This document shows, in pieces, positions 41,099-51,124 of a DNA stretch of 64,000 bases. Below the pieces are notes generated by a model. The model was not told the DNA's origin. It saw nothing but the letters and a program-made list of their open reading frames with translations, and made no database searches. The stretch is from Tannerellaceae bacterium (GTDB lineage Bacteria > Bacteroidota > Bacteroidia > Bacteroidales > Tannerellaceae). The translations under genes were made by a program, and so were the position numbers. Position 1 is the first letter of the stretch, and each line of letters begins with the position of its first letter. The DNA lies in contig JAJQEE010000112.1 in NCBI GenBank assembly GCA_021201865.1, positions 481 to 64,480 of the forward strand. The letters run 5' to 3'.

Positions 41099-42574
41099 TT
41101 ACCTGTTTAGTTTCCATTCTGCACCCTCCTTCGTATCTTTGATCTCAAATCCTAAAGCTGTCAATTCATTCCGGATCTGATCCGAAGTGGCCCAGTCTTT
41201 AGTTGCCTTGGCCTGTTGACGGATAGAGAGAAGAAGGTCCACAGCCTTTCCAAAGGCTTCATAATTGTTTCCTCCGGAAGTAGCAGCATCCTGAATCCCT
41301 AAAATATCAAACAGGAAAAGGTCAAACACCTGTTGCAATTCTTCGAGGTCTTCTTTGGAGATGGTCTCTTTTCCGTCTTTTACCGAATTAATGGCCCGTG
41401 TAGCGTCAAACAGATGAGAAATCACGACCGGAGAGTTCAGGTCATCATTCATCGCTTCATAGCATTTAGCCCGGATGCCCTGTACGTTTACGGAAGAGGT
41501 TTCAGAGGCATTCAGTTTTTTCAGATTGCTATAGGCTTCCAGCAACCGGGAAAGACCTTTTTCCGATGCCTGTAGGGCTTCGTTGCTGAAATCAACCGTA
41601 CTACGGTAATGGGCCTGCAGGATAAAGAAACGGATGGTCATCGGAGCGTATGCCTGTTCCAGCATTTCATGGCTACCTTCAAAGAATTCATCTAATGTAA
41701 TGAAATTACCTAATGATTTTCCCATCTTCTGGCCATTTACGGTGATCATATTATTATGCATCCAGTATTTCACCATATCATCTCCCTGGGAGGCTACCGC
41801 CTGCGCAATTTCACATTCATGATGCGGGAATATCAGGTCCATCCCTCCTCCGTGAATATCAAAGTGTTTACCCAGATACTTTTTCCCCATAGCCGTACAT
41901 TCACAATGCCATCCGGGGAAACCGTCACTCCATGGGGAAGGCCAGCGCATAATGTGTTCCGGCTGAGCACATTTCCAGAGAGCAAAATCAACCGGATTCC
42001 GCTTTTCACTCTGTCCATCTAATGCACGGGTCGTGTTTAGCATATCTTCGATATTACGTCCCGACAGGATGCCATACCGGTAATCTTTATTATATTTTTC
42101 CACATCAAAATAAACCGACCCTTCACTTTCGTAAGCATACCCATTTTCCAGAATATCCTTGACTAATTGAATCTGTTCAATGATATGTCCGGAAGCCTGG
42201 GGCTCAATACTGGGAGGCAACACATTCAGCGCATCCATCGCTTTGTGATAGCGATTTAGGTAGTATTGAACCACCTCCATCGGCTCTACCTGTTCTAAGC
42301 GTGCCTTTTTGGCGACTTTGTCCTCTCCCTCATCCGCATCATGTTCCAGATGGCCTACATCGGTGATATTACGTACATACCGGACCTTGTATCCTAAATG
42401 GCTTAAATAACGAAACAACAGGTCGAAGGTGATGGCCGGACGGGCATGACCCAGGTGTGCGTCACCATATACGGTAGGACCACAAACATACATTCCGACA
42501 TGGGGCTCATGCAACGGAACAAAGGGTTCCTTTTTTCTTGAAAGTGTATTATGTAGGCTTAATGGATGTTCCAT
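41099..42574 (-). CDS. cysS: Cysteine--tRNA ligase
   Basis: Class I motifs: [14 protein letters not shown] (HIGH) and KMGKSLGN (KMSKS), with Zn-site residues (WHCEC). The ORF is open to 42682, but the start [18 protein letters not shown] at 42574 fits orthologue length, and a TAnnTTTG motif lies inside the longer ORF. Confidence 0.93.
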   Translation of the reverse strand: MEHPLSLHNTLSRKKEPFVPLHEPHVGMYVCGPTVYGDAHLGHARPAITFDLLFRYLSHLGYKVRYVRNITDVGHLEHDADEGEDKVAKKARLEQVEPMEVVQYYLNRYHKAMDALNVLPPSIEPQASGHIIEQIQLVKDILENGYAYESEGSVYFDVEKYNKDYRYGILSGRNIEDMLNTTRALDGQSEKRNPVDFALWKCAQPEHIMRWPSPWSDGFPGWHCECTAMGKKYLGKHFDIHGGGMDLIFPHHECEIAQAVASQGDDMVKYWMHNNMITVNGQKMGKSLGNFITLDEFFEGSHEMLEQAYAPMTIRFFILQAHYRSTVDFSNEALQASEKGLSRLLEAYSNLKKLNASETSSVNVQGIRAKCYEAMNDDLNSPVVISHLFDATRAINSVKDGKETISKEDLEELQQVFDLFLFDILGIQDAATSGGNNYEAFGKAVDLLLSIRQQAKATKDWATSDQIRNELTALGFEIKDTKEGAEWKLNR

Positions 42575-42623
42575 AAATGAAATTGCAGAGTTTACTGTCC
42601 TGCGCCGGACCTTTTTAGAGGTA

Positions 42624-42631
42624 CAAAGATA
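42624..42631 (-). promoter_or_regulatory. TAnnTTTG -7 motif for cysS (minus strand)
   Basis: The reverse complement reads tatctttg, about 50 nt upstream of the ATG at 42574. Confidence 0.35.
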
Positions 42632-42788
42632 AAAATAATCCCGTAAGAGGATATGTTCAAAGTTGAATATAAAATGAATCAATTATTAATTCTTATAAAG
42701 GAGATCTCTTCCCGGGTATTTACCTGCAGTCTGTAACCTACGAAAAGAATAAAAATTGTTTCTTTGTAACGTGAAAAGAAAAAGTGAA

Positions 42789-43551
42789 ATGAACTATTTC
42801 TGTTTTTTTTATAGTGGCATGGAGCATCTGTTTTCCTCTGAAAGGACGAGCGCAGGCGGCTGATTCTCTTTCATTTGCTTCCGGAAATTCCGCTCCTGTG
42901 TCAGAAAAGAACTTTCAACCGGAGCATTTGATTCTGCCGGCCTCTCTTATTACAGTGGGAGCCATTGGTACGGCTATAAACGGGATGAATGATTTCCATT
43001 TGTTATCCCGGAAAGATTCCGTACGGGGTATTCATGCAGATGATTATCTGGAATGGGGCATGTTGGGCTGGGTATTTATCTGTGATCTGCTGGGAAAGGA
43101 AAAACATTCGCTGGTGGATCAGATTTTTCTGTTGACACTTGCCGAAGGAATGAATGCCGGGATTGTGCACGGGCTTAAAAATACGGTGCGGCAAAGCCGT
43201 CCGGATGGAGGTCCCCGGTCGTTTCCTTCCGGTCATACGGCCAATTCTTTTTTAGGTGCGCATCTGGCATATAAAGAGTTTAAGGATAGCAATCCTTTAC
43301 TGGCATATTCCGGTTATGCGATCGCCACTTTCGTCGGTGTTTCCCGTATCTATAATAACAGGCACTGGGTCGCAGATGTACTGGCAGGAGCAGGCATCGG
43401 TATCCTGTCTGTAGAGCTATCCTATCTGCTCTATTTCCCGGTAAGAGATGCGCTGTGTAAAAGAACAAAAAACAGGCATACCGGGAATCTGGTTTTTGCT
43501 CCGGCCTTCACTCCCGAAGGGGGTGGTGTCTATTTCTCCTTCCGGTTTTAA
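42789..43551 (+). CDS. PAP2-family phosphatase (membrane protein). The start is uncertain, with a possible frame break at T8 run 42803-42810.
   Basis: PAP2 motifs KNTVRQSRPDG, PSGH and SRIYNNRHWVADV. The ORF track starts at GTG 42814. An ATG at 42789 (MNYFCFF..) in another frame would supply a signal peptide if the T-run length is wrong. Confidence 0.75.
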
Positions 43552-43555
43552 AGGA

Positions 43556-45073
43556 TCAGGGGTGTTGGTTGATAGCCAATAGCTCTTCCAAATGTCCCCG
43601 GTCATTACTCAAACGGGGTATTTTATGTTGTCCACCCAGTTTGCCCTTTCCTTTCAGCCAGTCATAAAATGCATTGAAGCGGGCAATTGTGACCTGAGGG
43701 AGCTGGAGGGAGATATCTTTATAGCGTTTGGCTTCATAATCCGAATTCAGACTTTTAAGGGCTTCATCTAACCGGAGAGTGAAGGATTGAAGATCTGCAG
43801 GCATTTTTTCAAACTCAATAAACCATTCATGATATCCTTTTCCTTTATCTAACAAAAAGACCGGCGCAGCTGTATATTCTTTTACTTTTGCCCCTGTTTG
43901 CCTGCTGGCGATCTGGATCGCTTTATCTGCGTTATCCACCATTAACTCTTCACCAAATGCATTGATATAGTGTTTGGTACGTCCGGAAATAATGAACTTA
44001 TGAGGGAAAAGAGAGGTAAACCGTACTGTGTCACCAATCTGGTACCGCCAAAGGCCGCCGGAGGTGGTAATCACCATGGCATAGTTCCGGTCCGTTTCTA
44101 CTGCTTCCAGGGGGAGGATCGTAGGATGAGGAGAACCTACTTCATTGATCGGGATGAATTCATAAAAGATTCCATAGTCCGGCATCAAAAGCAAACTTTG
44201 ATCTGCCGGATCATCCTGTATGCCGAAAAAGCCTTCGGATGCATTATATGTTTCCATGTAATGCATTTGATCGGAAGGGATCAGGCTTTTATACTGATCC
44301 CGGTAGGGTTCAAAACTGATGCCACCATGAAAGAAAACCTCCAGGTTGGGCCAGACATCTGTCAGATACTCTTTTCCTGTTTTTTTCAGGATCTCTTTGA
44401 TGAGGACCAGCATCCAGGAAGGTACGCCGGACAAGCTGTTGACATCTTTATTCCAGGTGTTTTCCACGATGGCTTTAATCTTACTTTCCCATTCTCCCAT
44501 CAGAATGATCTCTTTCTTCGGCACCCGGACCAGATTGACCAGTGGATTCAGATTTTGTAACAGGACAGCCGAAAGATCGCCGCAATGAGCCCGGTTATTT
44601 AAAGAGGAAGGGCTATGGCTTCCACCTAAGATCAGTCCTTTCCTGGAAAAAAACGGACTGGAAGGATTGTTTCGTAAATAGAGGGCTACACAATCAAATC
44701 CTCCTTTATAATGACATCCTTTCAGAATATCCGGAGTAACAGGAAGATATTTACTCTTATCATTGGTAGTACCACTACTTTTGGCATACCAGTTTACCTC
44801 GGATGGCCAGAGAATATTCTTTTCTCCATTGATCATCCGGTGTATATCGGCTTTGACATCTTCATAGGATTGAAGGGGCATTCGCTGGCAAAAACCAGCA
44901 TAGTCACGGATTTCTTTAAAACCATATTTTTGTCCCCATTCCGTGTTCCTTGCTGTATGTAAGAGAGTACGCAACTGTTCCTGTTGAATAGTGTCAATTC
45001 GTTGCGCGAACTTTTCAATTTCCAGTTGTCTTTTCCGAAAGATAAGTGAAACTGTTTTTGTAAAAATATTCAT
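43556..45073 (-). CDS. GH3-family (plant auxin-responsive GH3 / acyl-acid amido synthetase-like) adenylating enzyme homologue
   Basis: About 505 aa from MNIFTKTVSLIFRKRQ. ..YAKSSGTTNDKSKYLPVT.. is an AMP-binding-like Ser/Thr/Gly motif, and the overall match is to the bacterial GH3 family. A TAnnTTTG motif 24 nt upstream of this start supports it. Confidence 0.75.
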   Translation of the reverse strand: MNIFTKTVSLIFRKRQLEIEKFAQRIDTIQQEQLRTLLHTARNTEWGQKYGFKEIRDYAGFCQRMPLQSYEDVKADIHRMINGEKNILWPSEVNWYAKSSGTTNDKSKYLPVTPDILKGCHYKGGFDCVALYLRNNPSSPFFSRKGLILGGSHSPSSLNNRAHCGDLSAVLLQNLNPLVNLVRVPKKEIILMGEWESKIKAIVENTWNKDVNSLSGVPSWMLVLIKEILKKTGKEYLTDVWPNLEVFFHGGISFEPYRDQYKSLIPSDQMHYMETYNASEGFFGIQDDPADQSLLLMPDYGIFYEFIPINEVGSPHPTILPLEAVETDRNYAMVITTSGGLWRYQIGDTVRFTSLFPHKFIISGRTKHYINAFGEELMVDNADKAIQIASRQTGAKVKEYTAAPVFLLDKGKGYHEWFIEFEKMPADLQSFTLRLDEALKSLNSDYEAKRYKDISLQLPQVTIARFNAFYDWLKGKGKLGGQHKIPRLSNDRGHLEELLAINQHP

Positions 45074-45096
45074 GCTCTCTTTAATTGAATTGCTGG

Positions 45097-45104
45097 CAAA
45101 TGTA
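45097..45104 (-). promoter_or_regulatory. TAnnTTTG -7 motif for the GH3-family gene
   Basis: The reverse complement reads tacatttg, 24 nt upstream of the ATG at 45073. Confidence 0.4.
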
Positions 45105-45123
45105 GGCATTCTCTTTTTATTTA

Positions 45124-45131
45124 TATCTTTG
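45124..45131 (+). promoter_or_regulatory. TAnnTTTG -7 motif for pfkA
   Basis: tatctttg lies 24 nt upstream of the ATG at 45155. Confidence 0.4.
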
Positions 45132-45154
45132 TTCTGTATATAATTAACATTCAT

Positions 45155-46170
45155 ATGAGAATAGGAGTTCTTTCATCAGGAGGGGATTGTCCCGGGATTA
45201 ATGCAGCGATCCGGGGGATCGGGAAGTCTGCGATCATGCATTACGGGATGGATGTGGTCGGCATCCATAATGGATTTATGGGGCTGTTAAACAGAGATAT
45301 AGAAGAGCTGGACGAGAGAAGTCTGTCCGGAATCCTGAATCTGGGAGGAACGTTTTTAGGTACTTCCCGGGAGAAACCTTTTCGTAAACTTTTATCCACC
45401 GGAGATACGGAAAAACCGGAGATCATCCAACAAAATTATCAGGAACTGGGGCTGGATTGCCTGGTTTGCATTGGTGGAAACGGAACTCAGAAAACAGCTT
45501 ATCAGCTTGCGAAATATGGGCTGAATGTTGTGGGTATACCTAAAACCATAGATAATAATATCTGGGGAACAGACATTACCTTTGGGTTTGATACGGCTGT
45601 TAATATTGCCACGGAAGCTATAGATCGTCTTCATTCTACAGCCAGTTCCCACAGACGGGTGATGGTAGTAGAAGTGATGGGACATCATGCCGGCTGGATC
45701 GCTTTATATGCCGGAATGGCCGGCGGGGCAGATGTGATCCTGCTTCCGGAATTGGGCTATGATATGGATCAGGTGAATGCGATGATACTGGAACGTGCCC
45801 GGAAAGGAAAGCCCTATTCTATTGTGGTTATAGCGGAAGGGGTAGAGACGAGTACAAAAAACGTCCGGCTGATTTTATGGCTCGTGCGATTGAAGAAGCA
45901 ACAGGTATAGAAAGCCGGGAAACCGTATTGGGATATACACAGCGGGGAGGAAATCCTTCTCCTTTTGACCGGAATCTGGCTACCCGTTTGGGGGGCTATG
46001 CCTCTGAACTGATCGCTAACAGGGAATTTGGTCGAATGGTATGTATGAGAGGTGAGCAAGTGGATTCGATCCCTTTGATGGATACCGCCGGTCGGTTAAA
46101 ACTGGTCACTCCTGACCATGATCTGATCAAGCAGGGTAAACGGATGGGAATTTCTTTCGGAGGTAAATAG
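45155..46170 (+). pseudogene. pfkA: ATP-dependent 6-phosphofructokinase. The frame is broken at A6 run 45856-45861.
   Basis: MRIGVLSSGGDCPGINAAIRG.., ..GGNGT.., ..IPKTIDNNI.., ..MGHHAGWIA... The second ORF continues ..KKRPADFMARAIEEATGIESRETVLGYTQRGG... Adding one A joins them. Confidence 0.93.
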
Positions 46171-46182
46171 AATATAAACAGA

Positions 46183-47054
46183 TTATTCTTCCCCGGCGAT
46201 CTCCTTTTGCTCGGTCACTTCCAGTTCAGCCGTGATCTCTTCCGGCAGAACTTCAAAGTTTCCGGTCTCCGTACAGGTTTCCTGCTGTTTTTGCTTCAGG
46301 CTTTCAATGAATTGTTGGAATTCTTTATCCGAACGTAGTTTTTGATCGCCATTTTGGCTGCATTTTGCTGGGATTCCTTTTTAGAATAACCAATCCCAAC
46401 CCCGATCTGGTGTTCGCCTAATAAAATAGCGGTCTGGAAAACCGGGTTCCCCTCATGATCAATAAAGGATTCAATCAGGTCAAAAGTCACTTCCAGTTTG
46501 TTCTTTTGGCTCCATTCGATCAGGCTTGATTTGAAGTTTACCTCTTTCCGGGCCAAATTGTCCAGATCCAGATGTTCTTTGATCAGTTTGTTATAAATAA
46601 ACTGATAACACCCTTTGTAACCCTGATCTAAGTAAATCGCTCCGATCAATGCTTCGAGTGCATTACCATACATATGATTGTTATGGGAATGTTGTTTTGT
46701 AGAGGAAACCACTCGTTCGTTGATCCCTAATTGGATTGCTATGCGATTCAGGTTTTCACGCTGAACGATCTTGGAACGGGTATTGGTCAGGAATCCTTCC
46801 CGTCCGTTCTGAAAATGAGTATATACAATATCTGCAACGACTGCATCCAGGATCGCATCCCCTAAAAACTCCAGCCGTTCATTGTTTAGCCATTTCCCAT
46901 CCCCGGCTTCTATAGAAGAGGATTTATGTAAAAAGGCCTGTTCGTATAAATGTATGTTATCAGGATAAAATCCTAACAGCTTATATAAAGACGAATAAGG
47001 CTCCTTACTTCTGTTCGAAAGGAGCCTTATTTTCTTATATAGTTTCGTAAACAC
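46183..47054 (-). pseudogene. rnc: Ribonuclease III. The frame is broken near the 3' end at T5 run 46339-46343 (A5 on the coding strand).
   Basis: RNase III signature ERLEFLGDAILD and a dsRBD (..GYSKKESQQNAAKMA..). After the A-run, another frame continues KLRSDKEFQQFIESLKQKQQE.. to the stop at 46183-46185. Confidence 0.88.
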
Positions 47055-47068
47055 GCGAATCTTTCGGT

Positions 47069-48328
47069 TTATTTTACAAACTTCTTCACGATCACACAGG
47101 CATTGTGTCCACCAAAACCAAAGGTGTTGGAGAGTGCCGCATTGATCTCTCTTTTCTGAGCTTTATTAAAGGTGAAGTTTAGCTTGTAATCAATTTCTGC
47201 ATCGTCATCCCCTTCTGCATGGTTAATGGTCGGAGGAACAATGTTCTCTTTCACTGCCATCACACAGGCGATTGCTTCCAATGCTCCGGTCGCTCCTAAA
47301 AGATGTCCGGTCATAGATTTCGTAGAGCTGATATTCAGGTTATAAGTATGCTCACCAAATACATCTTTAATCGCCTTTACTTCTGAGATATCACCTACGG
47401 GAGTAGACGTTCCGTGTACATTGATATAATCAATCTCTTCCGGTTTCATTTCAGCGTCTTCCAGTGCATTTTTCATCACTAATTTAGCTCCTAATCCGTC
47501 CGGATGTGAAGCTGTCAGGTGATAAGCGTCAGCGGACATTCCCGTACCCACTATTTCAGCATAGATCTTTGCACCTCTTGCCAGTGCATGTTCCATCTCT
47601 TCCAGTACCAGGCAGGCACCCCCTTCACCCATCACGAAACCGTCACGGCTTGCGCTGAACGGACGGGATGCTGTTTCAGGAGATTCATTTCTTACCGATA
47701 ATGCATTCATTGCATTGAATCCACCCACGCCGGATATTGTAATGGCAGCTTCTGAACCACCGGTTATAATGGCATCGGCTTTTCCTAAGCGGATGTAATT
47801 GAATGCATCTGATATTGCGTTTGTAGATGAAGCACAAGCTGACACAGTCGCAAAATTAGGACCTCTGTAACCGTACATCATTGAGATATGTCCTGCCGCG
47901 ATATCGGATATCATTTTAGGAATAAAGAACGGATTGAAACGTGGACCACGCTCATCGTTGTAACCTCTTGCTTCATCCTCGAAAGTCTGAATACCTCCGA
48001 TACCGGAAGAGAAAATTACACCTACTCTGTCTTTATTTACATTTTCATCATTTTCAATATTGGAATCAGCGATCGCTTCTTTCGCAGCGGCAATTCCAAG
48101 CAGGGTATAGCGGTCACATTTGCGGGACTCTTTCCGGTCCATGATCTGCGAAGCTTCAAAGCCTTTTACTTCACACGCAAACTGGGTTTTAAACTTAGAT
48201 GCATCAAAATGAGTAATAGGTCCGGCTCCACTTTTCCCATTAATAAGACCCTCCCATGTTTCTGAGAGGGTGTTACCAATAGGAGTAATAGCACCAAGAC
48301 CTGTTACTACAACTCTTTTTAATTCCAT
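47069..48328 (-). CDS. fabF: Beta-ketoacyl-ACP synthase II
   Basis: 419 aa. Active-site Cys context ..TVSACASSTNAI.., then HGTSTP and ..GFGGHNA... Confidence 0.95.
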   Translation of the reverse strand: MELKRVVVTGLGAITPIGNTLSETWEGLINGKSGAGPITHFDASKFKTQFACEVKGFEASQIMDRKESRKCDRYTLLGIAAAKEAIADSNIENDENVNKDRVGVIFSSGIGGIQTFEDEARGYNDERGPRFNPFFIPKMISDIAAGHISMMYGYRGPNFATVSACASSTNAISDAFNYIRLGKADAIITGGSEAAITISGVGGFNAMNALSVRNESPETASRPFSASRDGFVMGEGGACLVLEEMEHALARGAKIYAEIVGTGMSADAYHLTASHPDGLGAKLVMKNALEDAEMKPEEIDYINVHGTSTPVGDISEVKAIKDVFGEHTYNLNISSTKSMTGHLLGATGALEAIACVMAVKENIVPPTINHAEGDDDAEIDYKLNFTFNKAQKREINAALSNTFGFGGHNACVIVKKFVK

Positions 48329-48346
48329 ACCTTTAGTTAAAAGGGA

Positions 48347-48583
48347 TTACTTCGCGTTTGCTTCAATATAAGCGATAGCGTCGCCTACTGTTGTAATTTT
48401 TTCTGCTTGATCGTCAGGAATTGAGATACCGAATTCTTTTTCAAATTCCATAATCAACTCTACAGTGTCAAGAGAGTCTGCTCCTAAATCATTAGTAAAG
48501 CTCGCTTTGTTAGTAACTTCTGTTTCTTCAACACTTAATTTATCAACGATGATAGCTTTTACTCTAGATGCAACTTCAGACAT
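48347..48583 (-). CDS. acpP: Acyl carrier protein
   Basis: 78 aa with the phosphopantetheine attachment motif [12 protein letters not shown]. Confidence 0.95.
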   Translation of the reverse strand: MSEVASRVKAIIVDKLSVEETEVTNKASFTNDLGADSLDTVELIMEFEKEFGISIPDDQAEKITTVGDAIAYIEANAK

Positions 48584-48737
48584 AACTTTTTCAATTTAGA
48601 TTAATAAATAGAATATACTTTATAAATTTGCAGTGCAAAGAAAAGAATTTTTTATCTTATAAAGCAAATTTAATCAGCTAAAAATGCGCAAAACTGCACA
48701 TTTTTTCTTTTCTTGTGCAAAATAAAAGATTTTAAGA

Positions 48738-49310
48738 ATGAAGAACATTGCTATTTTTGCTTCCGGCTCCGGTACAAACGCCGAAAACATTATCCGGTAT
48801 TTTTCTGACAGTGAAACCATTAAAGTTGCTGTGGTGCTTTCCAATAATCGTCATGTAAAAGTGCATGAGCGGGTGAATAAGTTAGGGGTTCCTTCTTTTG
48901 TATTTACCCGGGAAGAGTTTGTTGAAGGTACTCCTGTTATTAATAAACTGGCGGAATACCAGGTGGATTTTATCATTTTAGCCGGATTTATGAATAAAAT
49001 AGCAGATCCGTTACTGAAAGCATTTCCGAATAAAATTATCAATATTCACCCGGCTCTTCTCCCGAAGCATGGCGGGAAAGGAATGTTTGGTATGCATGTC
49101 CATGAAGCAGTCGTGGCAGCCGGAGAAAAAGAGTCCGGGATCACCATCCATTATATTAATGAAAATTATGATGAAGGGGCTCCGGTCTTTCAGGCTATCT
49201 GTCCCGTACTTCCGGAAGACACCCCGGAAGATGTCGCTGCCAAAGTGCACGCCCTGGAGTACGCCCACTATCCCAGAGTGATAGAAGAGGTACTGAATAA
49301 TGTTCAATAA
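48738..49310 (+). CDS. purN: Phosphoribosylglycinamide formyltransferase
   Basis: 190 aa. IAIFASGSGTNAENI.., ..LAGFM.., ..INIHPALLPKHGG... Confidence 0.9.
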   Translation: MKNIAIFASGSGTNAENIIRYFSDSETIKVAVVLSNNRHVKVHERVNKLGVPSFVFTREEFVEGTPVINKLAEYQVDFIILAGFMNKIADPLLKAFPNKIINIHPALLPKHGGKGMFGMHVHEAVVAAGEKESGITIHYINENYDEGAPVFQAICPVLPEDTPEDVAAKVHALEYAHYPRVIEEVLNNVQ

Positions 49311-49407
49311 TGTTGACTTTCCAAAAGTATAATCGTTGCGATATTACTCTTTAAAACTCATTTTAATTGAATGAGAGATCATTTCTCTTCTTCTTTCATA
49401 CAAAAAC

Positions 49408-49450
49408 GGTGTCAGTAAAGTTATTTTTTATTTACTGGCACCGTTTAATT
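49408..49450 (+). terminator. Hairpin terminator between the convergent purN and sulfatase genes
   Basis: Stem ggtgtcagtaaa / tttactggcacc (11 of 12 bp paired) with an 11-nt loop, followed by gtttaattt. Confidence 0.5.
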
Positions 49451-49604
49451 TACAGTCTCTTCTGTTCTTAAAATAATTACATATAGTCAGATCTTCCAAA
49501 AAGACATGTATTGTTCTGGTTTAGCCCAAAACAGATCAGGATTATTTGTTTGTCATTTGATAATTAATTCCGTGTGAATTGTCTTCTCTTGGTACGAATC
49601 TTGT

Positions 49605-51014
49605 TTATTTCGGTAACCGTGGAAACGGTTCATCAATGATACCGGCGGGCCGTTGATTTTTACCTTCATATCCCCAGTCACCCATATCTTCACGTACCTG
49701 TTCGATCAGCCTATGCATGTGACTAACAATTTCCGGATGTTGATCTATGACATTTTTGCTTTCCGAAATATCCAGATCCAGATCATATAATTCGGCAGGA
49801 TAACGTTCTGTATCCGGAAAATGGGGACCTTTTATTCTCTGTTCCAACGGAAGATGATATTTCCATTTTCCCCACCGGACCGCTTGTAATTGTTGTTTCT
49901 GGTAATAATAAAATATCTCTGTCGGGGAAGATCCTGTCTCTCCTTCCAGTATCCGGTTTACATTGTGTCCGTCAATGATCCGGTCATCAGGAACTTTAAG
50001 TCCGCAATAATAGGCAATAGTCGGTAGAAAGTCCATAGTCGTAATCAGTGCATCAGACGTTTGTCCGGCAGGAATAGTACCCGGCCATCGCATCAGGCAG
50101 GGAACCCGGAAGCCTCCTTCATAGGTCGTGCCTTTTTCTCCTCGCAAAGGATAGTTAGAGCCTCCGAATACCTCCTGTGCCCCATTATCCGAGGTGAAAA
50201 TAACTAATGTGTTCTCATCCAGTCCTTCTTCTTTCAGAACGGTGAAGATCTCTCCCATAGACCAATCCAGCTCCTCAGTAGCATCTCCGTATAAACCATT
50301 CTGTGATTTCCCTTTAAAAGCAGGGGAAGCCGCCAATGGATCATGTGTCATATTATGTGGCAGATAGATAAAGAAGGGACGCTCTTTATGGCTTTTGATA
50401 AACTCAATGGTTTTAGCTGTATACCGCAGGGTGAGGGAATCCTGATTGACCGGAGCTTCAATGACCTCCTCCTGTTCCATCAGAGGTAGGGGACAATATT
50501 CCCGGTCCATATCATTACTGTAAGGAATACCAAAATAATAATCAAAGCCCTGCCGGGTAGGCAGAAAGGCTAATTGATCTCCTAAATGCCATTTTCCTAT
50601 ACAGGCAGTTGCATAGCCTTTTTCTTTCAGCAGTTCCGCAATGGTGATCTCCGATGGGTTGAGTCCTTTATGGGATACCGGAAAAAGCACCTGCCTACCT
50701 GTTGAATGCAAGGGGGTAGGATCCGCATTCACATGCATGGAAATACGACGGGGATAGGATCCTGTTAGCAGGGCGGCACGGGAAGGGGTGCTGACACTGG
50801 AAGCCACGTAGAAATTAGAAAGTAAGATCCCTTCTTTCGCCATCCGGTCCAGATGCGGTGTCCGGTGGACCGTATTCCCGTAGCATCCCAGGTCCCCATA
50901 TCCAAAATCATCAATAAATACGATAATGATGTTGGGTTGTTCCGCGGCGGAAACAGTATTCATCATACTTAACCCTCCGGCTAAGGAGAGAAGATGCAGC
51001 ATTTTGTTTTTCAT
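49605..51014 (-). CDS. Sulfatase (S1 family, Ser-type formylglycine motif)
   Basis: 469 aa with a signal peptide. ..NIIIVFIDDFGYGDLG.. and the FGly motif SVSTPSRAALLTG (S-x-P-x-R), then ..GKWHLG... Confidence 0.9.
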   Translation of the reverse strand: MKNKMLHLLSLAGGLSMMNTVSAAEQPNIIIVFIDDFGYGDLGCYGNTVHRTPHLDRMAKEGILLSNFYVASSVSTPSRAALLTGSYPRRISMHVNADPTPLHSTGRQVLFPVSHKGLNPSEITIAELLKEKGYATACIGKWHLGDQLAFLPTRQGFDYYFGIPYSNDMDREYCPLPLMEQEEVIEAPVNQDSLTLRYTAKTIEFIKSHKERPFFIYLPHNMTHDPLAASPAFKGKSQNGLYGDATEELDWSMGEIFTVLKEEGLDENTLVIFTSDNGAQEVFGGSNYPLRGEKGTTYEGGFRVPCLMRWPGTIPAGQTSDALITTMDFLPTIAYYCGLKVPDDRIIDGHNVNRILEGETGSSPTEIFYYYQKQQLQAVRWGKWKYHLPLEQRIKGPHFPDTERYPAELYDLDLDISESKNVIDQHPEIVSHMHRLIEQVREDMGDWGYEGKNQRPAGIIDEPFPRLPK

Positions 51015-51058
51015 CTTTTTATTTGAATGTTAGAAATTGAAGTAAATCAATAATTAGT

Positions 51059-51104
51059 ACACAGATGACCCCGGACGATCCGCCTGATCTATGGTCATCT
51101 GTGT
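51059..51104 (-). terminator. 12-bp hairpin between the SusD stop and the sulfatase start (intra-PUL attenuator/terminator candidate)
   Basis: acacagatgacc pairs perfectly with ggtcatctgtgt across a 22-nt loop. Confidence 0.4.
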
Positions 51105-51124
51105 GGCATGATAATAAAAACGAA

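Noticed and set aside
42575-42682. N-terminal extensions of cysS (to 42682), the GH3-family gene (to 45154), SusC (to 56105 and 30867) and the Ig-like protein (from 37809).
   Set aside because: The extensions lack homology-like sequence and contain the predicted TAnnTTTG promoter motifs or abut the divergent gene. Internal Met codons give canonical N-termini or signal peptides.
48633-48720. An imperfect inverted repeat (gtgcaaagaaaagaa / ttcttttcttgtgca) in the divergent acpP-purN spacer as an operator.
   Set aside because: Only 10 bp pair perfectly, and that stretch is a low-complexity purine run, so chance similarity in an AT-rich promoter region is likely. It is worth a look only if it is conserved in relatives.
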